A DNA stretch of 64,000 nt, taken from NCBI GenBank assembly GCA_964647785.1, contig CAZYJD010000004.1:386-64385 (forward strand), written 5' to 3'. Each line of letters starts with the position of its first letter. The first letter of the stretch is position 1. Of the stretch, positions 56,482 through 64,000 are shown in pieces. The DNA comes from an uncultured Chitinophagaceae bacterium. Lineage in GTDB: Bacteria > Bacteroidota > Bacteroidia > NS11-12g > UBA9320. The notes below the pieces were generated by a model. The model did no database searches. It was not told where the DNA came from and saw nothing but the letters and a program-made list of their open reading frames with translations. The translations under genes and the position numbers were made by a program.

Positions 56482-58221
56482 ATGCTCAGAACACACACTT
56501 GCGGAGAACTTCGCCTTGAAGATGTCGGAACAGAAGTAAGCCTATGCGGCTGGGTGCAGCGGCGTCGCGAATTTGGCCCCGTAACCTTTCTCGATCTGCG
56601 CGATCGTTATGGCATTACCCAAATCGTATTTGATCAGGCCCAAAATGCCGATTTACTTGCCGAAGCGCGCAATTTGGCCCGGGAATTCGTGATTCGCGTA
56701 ACCGGAAAAGTATCTGAACGCAGCAACAAGAACCCAAAGTTGCCCACGGGCGATGTCGAGATCATTGCCACGCAACTCGAAATACTCAATCCATCCCTCA
56801 CCCCGCCCTTTACCATTGAGGCGGAAACCGATGGAGGTGAGGAGCTTCGGATGCGTTATCGCTACCTCGATTTGCGCCGCGATCCAGTAAAAAACAACCT
56901 CTTGCTGCGGCATCGTGTGGCAAAAGAAGTGCGCAACTACCTCGACTCCCTGTCATTTACTGAAGTAGAAACGCCGGTCTTGATTAAATCAACCCCTGAA
57001 GGTGCACGCGATTTTGTGGTGCCCAGCAGAATGAATCCCGGCCAGTATTACGCCTTGCCGCAAAGCCCGCAAACTTTCAAGCAATTGCTCATGGTCAGTG
57101 GCTTCGACCGCTACTATCAAATTGTGAAATGCTTCCGCGATGAAGATCTCCGTGCCGATCGCCAACCTGAATTCACCCAAATCGACTGCGAAATGAGTTT
57201 TGTTGAGCAGGAAGATGTGCTGAATACCTTCGAAGGAATGATGCGCCATTTATTGAAAGAAGTAAATGGGGTGGAGGTGGAGGCCTTTCCGCGAATGAGT
57301 TTCGATGAGGCCATGCGCCTTTATGGCAATGACAAACCGGATATCCGCTTTGAGATGCTGCTGCAAGATGTCAGCGCCACGGTAAAAGGAAAGGGATTTA
57401 AGGTTTTTGACGATGCTGAACTGGTGCTCGCCATTGTGGCCGAAGGTGCTGCCGACTACACCCGCAAACAAATAGATGAACTCACCGATTGGGTGAAACG
57501 CCCGCAGATTGGTGCAAAAGGCTTGATCTATTGCCGTTGCAATGAGGATGGTTCTTTCAAATCATCGGTCGATAAATTTTTTCCGGAGGAAGAACTCAAA
57601 AGCTGGGCAGAAGCCACGGCTGCCAAGAATGGCGACCTCATTTTGGTGCTGAGTGGTTCGGCTGCAGAAGTAAGACGCCAAATGTCTGAACTGCGTCTTG
57701 AAATGGGCAAGCGATTGGGATTGCGAAACCCAGAGGTGTACAAACCACTTTGGGTGACTGATTTTCCTTTGGTTGAATGGGATGAAGACAGCAGCAGATG
57801 GCACGCCATGCACCACCCTTTTACCGCTCCAAAAGCTGAAGACAAACACCTGATGGACTCCGACCCTGCGGCCATTCGTGCCAATGCTTACGACATGGTG
57901 ATCAATGGGGTGGAAATTGGCGGAGGCTCCGTTCGTATCCACAATAGAGATTTACAGCTGAAAATGCTCCGCCTCCTTGGTTTCAGCGATGAAGCTGCCC
58001 GTGAACAGTTTGGGTTTTTGATGGGAGCTTTTGAATACGGGGCCCCACCGCATGCAGGCATCGCCCTGGGTTTCGACCGCCTTTGTGCACTTCTGGGAGG
58101 GTCAGACAGCATTCGCGATTACATTGCGTTTCCCAAAAACAACATGGGCCGCGACACCATGATCGATGCACCTTCTGAAATAGATGCCGATCAGCTCAAA
58201 GAGATATTTGGCAACGAGTAA
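56482..58221 (+). CDS. aspS: aspartate--tRNA ligase
   Basis: Full-length class II aaRS conservation ([47 protein letters not shown]). Confidence 0.9.
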   Translation: MLRTHTCGELRLEDVGTEVSLCGWVQRRREFGPVTFLDLRDRYGITQIVFDQAQNADLLAEARNLAREFVIRVTGKVSERSNKNPKLPTGDVEIIATQLEILNPSLTPPFTIEAETDGGEELRMRYRYLDLRRDPVKNNLLLRHRVAKEVRNYLDSLSFTEVETPVLIKSTPEGARDFVVPSRMNPGQYYALPQSPQTFKQLLMVSGFDRYYQIVKCFRDEDLRADRQPEFTQIDCEMSFVEQEDVLNTFEGMMRHLLKEVNGVEVEAFPRMSFDEAMRLYGNDKPDIRFEMLLQDVSATVKGKGFKVFDDAELVLAIVAEGAADYTRKQIDELTDWVKRPQIGAKGLIYCRCNEDGSFKSSVDKFFPEEELKSWAEATAAKNGDLILVLSGSAAEVRRQMSELRLEMGKRLGLRNPEVYKPLWVTDFPLVEWDEDSSRWHAMHHPFTAPKAEDKHLMDSDPAAIRANAYDMVINGVEIGGGSVRIHNRDLQLKMLRLLGFSDEAAREQFGFLMGAFEYGAPPHAGIALGFDRLCALLGGSDSIRDYIAFPKNNMGRDTMIDAPSEIDADQLKEIFGNE

Positions 58222-58262
58222 TGCAGTCTGGTTAAAATCAATAAGGTCAAGGGCTACACTTT

Positions 58263-58916
58263 TTAAATATCGCCAGCATCTTGTTCGGGGAAATTAAACT
58301 GGTAAATCGGATCAATGCTGCTATTAGAATCCATACTACAAAGTGGTTTGATTAATCCGTCTTTTAATCCGTAAATCCAACCGTGTAAACTGGGTGCCTG
58401 GTACTTTTTCCATGCGCGTTGAATGATGCTCGTTTTCGACAGGTTCTGGACCTGCTCCATCACATTGAGCTCGCACAATAAATCCACCCGATCATCTTCA
58501 TTGGGGATGGCTTTAAACTCATGCTCATGAAAGCGATAAATATCCTTGATGTTGCGCAGCCATTTGTTCATCAAGCCAAGGCTTTGATGTGAGAGCGATG
58601 CTTTTACGCCGCCACAACCGTAATGCCCGCATACAATGATATGCTTTACATGCAATTGTTCAACGGCGTATTGAAGCACGCTGAGCAAATTGAGGTCGGT
58701 GTTTACCACCAAATTGGCTATGTTGCGGTGAACGAACATCTCACCGGGATGGGTGTTGGTTATTTCATTGGCAGGCACCCTCGAATCACTGCATCCTATC
58801 CATAGAAAATCAGGGTTTTGCCCTTTCGACATGTCTTCAAAATACAGGTCGTCTTTTTCCTGATGATTCTTTGCCCATAATTTATTCTCCAGTAGGAGGC
58901 GTTGAAATGATTCCAT
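58263..58916 (-). CDS. beta-class carbonic anhydrase
   Basis: Zinc-ligand blocks CSDSRV and HYGCGG. Confidence 0.8.
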   Translation of the reverse strand: MESFQRLLLENKLWAKNHQEKDDLYFEDMSKGQNPDFLWIGCSDSRVPANEITNTHPGEMFVHRNIANLVVNTDLNLLSVLQYAVEQLHVKHIIVCGHYGCGGVKASLSHQSLGLMNKWLRNIKDIYRFHEHEFKAIPNEDDRVDLLCELNVMEQVQNLSKTSIIQRAWKKYQAPSLHGWIYGLKDGLIKPLCSMDSNSSIDPIYQFNFPEQDAGDI

Positions 58917-60399
58917 GATATTTTTTGTGAAAACCTTTTAATTCCAATGTGATGTTCCGATCTGCCGATTGCCTGATAAACTCATTCAACTCCTGTAAAA
59001 TATCTTTATCGATGAACTCGGCTTTGGATGCTTCAATTAATACAAAAGTGCCATCGGGTATTTGATGAAGGTAGTGACGAATAATGGGTTTGTTGAGAAA
59101 AGAAACATCCTTATTCAGTTTAAGCAGATAATTGTTCCCCTCTGAGGTGAGGTACACGGCTCTGCGAAAATTCGTGCGCAGAACGAAATACATTCCGGTA
59201 AGGGTTCCAATGCCTATGCCGATGAGCAAGTCACTGAACATGATGGCAATGATGGTTACCATAAAAGGCACAAATTGCTCCCACCCCATGCGATACATTT
59301 CTTTAAACAATTCTACTTTAACCAGTTTGTATCCAACCAAAAGTAGAATCACTGCCAAGGCTGCATTGGGTATTTTATTCAGCAGGTTCGGAAACAGCAG
59401 AAAGGCCAGCAATAGCAGCAAACCGTGTAAAAATGCCGACCACCGGGTTTTCCCTCCGGCTGTAACGTTTGCTGAACTTCGCACAATTACTGCAGTAAGC
59501 GGAAGACCGCCAATCAAACCAGAAACCATATTTCCGGTACCTTGTGCCAAAAGCTCTTTGTTGGGGGGCGAGATTCGTTTTTCAGGATCGATTCGATCCA
59601 CTGCTTCAATGCTTAGCAAGGTTTCAATGCTTGCCACCAATGCAATGCTGAGGGCGAGTATCCAAATTTCTTTTTGAACCCAAATTACCGACCAATCAGG
59701 TGTTTGCAAGCTGGAAAGGAGCTGATCACCACTTTCAGTTACCGGCAGCTGCACCAAATGATCGCCTGCCAAGGTCCATCCCATGCCGTCCATGAAAGGC
59801 AATGCATTGACCATGATGCCTGTGGCAACCACCGCCAGTGGACCGGAAATGATTTTTGAAAACAAACTCTTTCGTATCAAAGGTATTTGCCAAATGGCTA
59901 AAATGAGCAAACACAGCAAGCTAATGATCACGGCGCCTGCAGCAGGATGTTCAAAGGCCTCAATCAATGTGCTGAATGTATTTTGTCCATCTTCTTCTAC
60001 AAAGCTTTCGTCACCCTCAAAGTCTTTATCATAGCCCAATGCATGCGGAATCTGTTTCAAAATCAAAGTGAGTCCAATGGCCGCAAGCATGCCTTTGATC
60101 ACTGCATTTGGGAAATACTTGGCCACAAATCCCAGCTTGAATATGCCGAAGATGATTTGCATAAAGCCGGCAATCACCACCGAAACCAAAAAAGCCTCAT
60201 AACTGCCAACAGAAACAATACCGGCAGCAACAATAGCCGTTAAGCCCGCTGCAGGTCCGCTAACACTCAAGGCCGAACCTGATATTATGGTAACCACCAT
60301 TCCGCCTATAATGCCACTGATGATGCCGGAAATAGCAGGAGCACCCGATGCCAAAGCAATGCCCAAACACAACGGGATTGCCACCAAAAAGACCACCAC
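58882..60399 (-). CDS. SulP-family anion transporter with a C-terminal STAS domain; the 5' end is uncertain and probably extends to about 60519
   Basis: SulP TM core and STAS domain present. The conserved N-terminal block (D-F-P-A-S-V...) lies upstream of the GTG ORF start and has no canonical in-frame start codon. Confidence 0.65.
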   Translation of the reverse strand: MVVFLVAIPLCLGIALASGAPAISGIISGIIGGMVVTIISGSALSVSGPAAGLTAIVAAGIVSVGSYEAFLVSVVIAGFMQIIFGIFKLGFVAKYFPNAVIKGMLAAIGLTLILKQIPHALGYDKDFEGDESFVEEDGQNTFSTLIEAFEHPAAGAVIISLLCLLILAIWQIPLIRKSLFSKIISGPLAVVATGIMVNALPFMDGMGWTLAGDHLVQLPVTESGDQLLSSLQTPDWSVIWVQKEIWILALSIALVASIETLLSIEAVDRIDPEKRISPPNKELLAQGTGNMVSGLIGGLPLTAVIVRSSANVTAGGKTRWSAFLHGLLLLLAFLLFPNLLNKIPNAALAVILLLVGYKLVKVELFKEMYRMGWEQFVPFMVTIIAIMFSDLLIGIGIGTLTGMYFVLRTNFRRAVYLTSEGNNYLLKLNKDVSFLNKPIIRHYLHQIPDGTFVLIEASKAEFIDKDILQELNEFIRQSADRNITLELKGFHKKYHGIISTPPTGE

Positions 60400-60503
60400 A
60401 GATGCGGGGAAGTCAGTACTTAAATGTCGGATGGTAGAGCGAATAATGTAGGTTTGTGTCCAAAGATAGAAACTTACTCCTTGGCAGTAATCATCTCCTG
60501 AGA

Positions 60504-61748
60504 TTAATCGGTAAAATATTTAAGGCGCACCACTTCAAGGCGCTGCTCAAGCGCCTGTAAAACTTTGATCTCAAAATGATCGATATACAGCATGTCTCCC
60601 TCCTTGGGGATGCGTTCCTGATGGGCAATGATGTATCCGCCCAGAGTGTCATAGTCGCCTTCGGGTATTTTTAAATCGTAGGTTTCGTTGAGGTAGTCTA
60701 CTTCAAGCCTGGTTGAAAACTCGTACTCATTTTCGCCGATTTTACTTTCAACGATGCCATCGTCGTCGTCGTGCTCATCCTCAATTTCTCCAAAGATTTC
60801 TTCTACGATGTCTTCAACGGTAACAATGCCGGCGGTACCCCCAAACTCATCAACCACCAATGCAATGCTCCGCTGTTTTTGTGTAAATTCATTGAGCAAT
60901 TCACTCGCTTGCTTGGCTTCATTCGCAATGGGGATGGGCAGCAAAATCTCTTTGATGTTTTTGGGCTTTCTGTACAAATCAATGTGATGCACGTACCCAA
61001 TGATGTTGTCGATGCTATCGCGGTACACCAAAATCTTGCTGTGCCGGGTTTCCATAAAGAGAACTTCCAATGCCTGTATGCTTTCCTGTATGTCAATGGC
61101 TCTGATCTCAGTGCGTGAAACCATGCAATCTCGCACCCGCAGATTCCCAAAATCCAGTGCGTTTTTTAATATCTCAGTATCAATTTCGGGGTCTTCTGCG
61201 TCGCTGTTTTGATGCTCTGTGATGTAGTGGTCGAGGTCCATTTTGCTGAAGGCAGGACTTTCTTCGGTGAAATGCTTGCGCGTGAACAGGAATAAGATCG
61301 AACGCGATAACCATAAGGTGAATTGAACCACCGGATAAAGCAGGAAATAAAAAATCTGAAAAGGATAAATCAACCAGCGCAGGATACCGGCAGGATTGAT
61401 TCGGAAGATGGCTTTGGGAATGAACTCTGCAGAAATTAAAACGATCAGGGTTGATATCAGCGTAACCAGCAGAAACTTAACCAGCGTATTGTTGATGGGA
61501 AAGTCGAGTATGCGGCCCATGTAAACACTGAAAAGAACCAGTGCGAGATTGTTGCCCACCAATATGGTGCTGATAAAACGCGATGGACTCTTGAGGTAGT
61601 TGCTCAGCAAGCGCGCCCAATAAAAACCTTGCTGACTCTTGAGTTCTATGCGAAGTTTATTCACCGAAATGAAGGCTATTTCCATGCCGCTGAAGAAGGC
61701 GGAAAGAAGCAGCGTAACCAAAACAATAAGTAGGGCGTTGAGTATCAT
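60504..61748 (-). CDS. CNNM/hemolysin-family protein (DUF21 TM domain, CBS pair, CorC_HlyC)
   Basis: Four-TM DUF21 N-terminus; CBS pair; the C-terminal transporter-associated domain carries the Asp-rich EDEHDDDDGI stretch typical of the family. Confidence 0.75.
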   Translation of the reverse strand: MILNALLIVLVTLLLSAFFSGMEIAFISVNKLRIELKSQQGFYWARLLSNYLKSPSRFISTILVGNNLALVLFSVYMGRILDFPINNTLVKFLLVTLISTLIVLISAEFIPKAIFRINPAGILRWLIYPFQIFYFLLYPVVQFTLWLSRSILFLFTRKHFTEESPAFSKMDLDHYITEHQNSDAEDPEIDTEILKNALDFGNLRVRDCMVSRTEIRAIDIQESIQALEVLFMETRHSKILVYRDSIDNIIGYVHHIDLYRKPKNIKEILLPIPIANEAKQASELLNEFTQKQRSIALVVDEFGGTAGIVTVEDIVEEIFGEIEDEHDDDDGIVESKIGENEYEFSTRLEVDYLNETYDLKIPEGDYDTLGGYIIAHQERIPKEGDMLYIDHFEIKVLQALEQRLEVVRLKYFTD

Positions 61749-61902
61749 ACAAGTCTCACAAAAATAAGTGATTGTATTTTCGATTAAGTTTTCAGGAACC
61801 GACTTGCATTTTTTGCTTAAAAATTTCTTAACGTTGAACTGAATTTAACCTTGAGGTTACAAAAAAATTATTCGCTCTAACATTTTTCATTAAAAACAAA
61901 CC

Positions 61903-63972
61903 ATGTATTCTATGAAAAGAATCTACTCCTTAATGCTCGCTATGGCCTTTGCTGCCCTGAGTTTCGGGCAGTACTACGTTATTCCGTGGCCCAATGCTGG
62001 AATGAACCCCGGTAATCTGAATCAAGATCTTGAATACCCTCCCGGTGGAGGAATCTCTGCTGGATGGTCAACCCTTACAACCGGTCCATCCACTGTTTGG
62101 ACTGCGAACCAAAACATCCCTTTCACCTTTGATTTCAACGGTCAGGCAGTTACATCTTACAAGGTGTCTCCTGCAGGGGTGCTCACATTTAAAACAGATG
62201 CCACAGAAGCACCTACTTCTTCGAATGTAGCTTTGCCATCATCGGATATACCTGATATGAGTATTTGCGTTTGGGGTCTCGCCATCAATTCCGGAGACTA
62301 CATCATTAGCAAGACTTTTGGTAGTGCGCCCAACCGTCAACACTGGGTGATGTTCAACAGTGCATCACAGGCGGGATTAAACAATGGCTGGGCTTATTGG
62401 AGCATTGTGCTTGAAGAAACCAGCAACAAAATTTACATCGTAGACCAACGTAACCTTTGTGTGCAGGGCACCCAGCAGTGCGCGGGTAAAACCACCCTCA
62501 CTGCAGGCGTGCAGATCGATGGAAGCACGGCGGTAATGGTGCAGGGAAGTCCTTCATTGGCCAACCTTAGCGGCAATAGCGAAACCTCTGCCGACAACAG
62601 TTATTATGAGCTTATACCCGGTTCACAGCCTACCGATGATGTGGCTGCTGTGAGCGTGGATCTCGTTCCGAATCTCGTGCTCGCTGATGGTCCTTTCGAT
62701 ATCAAATTGGACGTGCGCAACCTCGGTTCTGATCCACTCACTTCGGTTAAAATGTATTATTCTGTGAATGGTGGTACTGCAGAGGAAGCTGATCTGAGCG
62801 GCCTCAATATTGCATCGCTTGCAAGCGGAACCCTCACGCATACGGTGCAATGGAGTCCTTCTACCGAGGGCCAATACAGCATTCGCGTATGGCTCGAAAG
62901 CCCCAATGGCAACACCGATGCCGATGCATCGAACAATGAAGTGACCATCACCACCAATGCATGGGAAAATGTGTTGGTGAGAAAACCCCTTTATGAGGTG
63001 TTCACCAGTTCAACCTGCGGCCCTTGTGCCCCTGGTAACGTGAATATGAACAATGTGCTCACCCCCTTCAATGGCGATCATGTGGTGGTTAAATACCAAC
63101 AAAACTTCCCGGGAACAGGAGACCCCTACGCCACTGCAGAAACTGTGAACAGAAGAAGTTATTATGCCATCAACTCCATTCCACGCCTCGAGATTGATGG
63201 TCAGTGGGATAAGAATGCATCCTCACTTACCACAGGTATACACAACGATTTTAAAGCCATCCCGGCTTTTGTAGGCATCACCGCAACGGTTGACTATTGG
63301 GCTACTTCGGCTAAAATTGATGTGGAAATTGAACCATTGGCAGACTTTGCCGGAAACAATGTGTTGCAGGTGGTGATCATGGAAAAAACCACTTTCGCCA
63401 ATGTGAAAAGCAATGGCGAAACACAATTCGAACATGTGGTGAAAAAAATGATCCCCAACCAGAATGGTACGGCCATTGGCCCTCTTACCAAAGGTCAGAA
63501 AAAAACCTTCAGCCTTTCAAACACATTCTATGGCGACTATCGCCTGCCATTGAATGGCCAGTCAGCTGAATACATCAACCACACCAACGAACACAGCGTA
63601 GAAGAATTCGATGATCTTTTAGTGGCTGTTTGGGTGCAAGCACCGGATAAGAAAGTACTTCAATCAGTTTATGCAGAGGAAATCATGTTGAGTACCCCTC
63701 AATTGAAAGGCCTTTCATCGAATGTGAATGTATATCCAAACCCTTCCAGCAATGTGATGAATGTTGATGTACGTTCTGCAGAAACCGCAGCCGTTCAGGT
63801 GCGATTGATCAACGTACTTGGTCAGGAGCTGAGAACAGCCTCAGGAAATATTGCAGGTGCCGGAGAGTTGAATCTATCATTTGATGTTTCAGCACTGCCT
63901 GCCGGGATGTATTTCGTAGAGATCAACTCAAACGGATCTACTACCACCAAACAAGTGAGTATCACACACTAG
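61903..63972 (+). CDS. T9SS-secreted protein of unknown function with a thioredoxin-like CGPC motif
   Basis: Signal peptide MKRIYSLMLAMAFAALSFGQ; internal YEVFTSSTCGPCAPGN; T9SS CTD VYPNPSS...GMYFVEI...KQVSITH. Confidence 0.55.
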   Translation: MYSMKRIYSLMLAMAFAALSFGQYYVIPWPNAGMNPGNLNQDLEYPPGGGISAGWSTLTTGPSTVWTANQNIPFTFDFNGQAVTSYKVSPAGVLTFKTDATEAPTSSNVALPSSDIPDMSICVWGLAINSGDYIISKTFGSAPNRQHWVMFNSASQAGLNNGWAYWSIVLEETSNKIYIVDQRNLCVQGTQQCAGKTTLTAGVQIDGSTAVMVQGSPSLANLSGNSETSADNSYYELIPGSQPTDDVAAVSVDLVPNLVLADGPFDIKLDVRNLGSDPLTSVKMYYSVNGGTAEEADLSGLNIASLASGTLTHTVQWSPSTEGQYSIRVWLESPNGNTDADASNNEVTITTNAWENVLVRKPLYEVFTSSTCGPCAPGNVNMNNVLTPFNGDHVVVKYQQNFPGTGDPYATAETVNRRSYYAINSIPRLEIDGQWDKNASSLTTGIHNDFKAIPAFVGITATVDYWATSAKIDVEIEPLADFAGNNVLQVVIMEKTTFANVKSNGETQFEHVVKKMIPNQNGTAIGPLTKGQKKTFSLSNTFYGDYRLPLNGQSAEYINHTNEHSVEEFDDLLVAVWVQAPDKKVLQSVYAEEIMLSTPQLKGLSSNVNVYPNPSSNVMNVDVRSAETAAVQVRLINVLGQELRTASGNIAGAGELNLSFDVSALPAGMYFVEINSNGSTTTKQVSITH

Positions 63973-64000
63973 TCCCAAAGTAACCATAACTGATAGAACT

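Noticed and set aside
56262-56498. 78-aa minus-strand ORF inside the aspS upstream region.
   Set aside because: It overlaps the aspS start, has no motif, is Arg/Cys/Phe-rich in a way typical of random frames, and lies in a region better explained as a structured leader.

Overview
This window looks like an ordinary chromosomal segment of a Bacteroidota genome (Chitinophagia/Sphingobacteriia-like). Predicted signal peptides end in '...A/S-Q', at least six proteins carry T9SS C-terminal sorting domains, and there is little evidence of Shine-Dalgarno use. About 57 CDS are supported; I found no tRNA, rRNA, CRISPR array, transposase or integrase. Housekeeping genes include mvaS, purQ, rluE-like, ilvE, aspS, queD, hldD, rfbC, kynA, a UvrD/PcrA-type helicase, radC, a PhoH-like gene, a ClC channel, a SulP transporter with a beta carbonic anhydrase, and a LOG-family gene. 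The unusual content is as follows. (1) A small signal-peptide-bearing HNH endonuclease with a Cys/Lys-rich tail, followed 15 nt later by an 80-aa ORF; this could be a toxin/immunity pair. (2) A cluster of secreted or membrane-bound peptidases: a roughly 1060-aa secreted caspase (C14) protein; an ACE-like M2 lipoprotein; and an operon in which a membrane-anchored papain-like (C1) protein, whose catalytic Cys appears to be replaced by Ser, sits next to an ICMT-family methyltransferase. (3) A T9SS cargo locus (gingipain/C25-like protein, PKD protein, divergent M1 aminopeptidase) lying next to an orphan 1161-aa multi-TM histidine kinase, with a ~380-bp array of compound degenerate repeats between the convergent genes. 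(4) A strong intrinsic-terminator-like hairpin inside the 5' leader of a gene for a protein with two OmpA domains, and a hairpin-rich 440-bp leader before aspS. (5) A fusion of a DnaQ-like exonuclease with a GIY-YIG domain. (6) A SulP gene whose conserved N-terminus has no canonical start codon. No complete, recognisable defence or mobile system is present, so the candidate novelties are individual genes or operons rather than an island.
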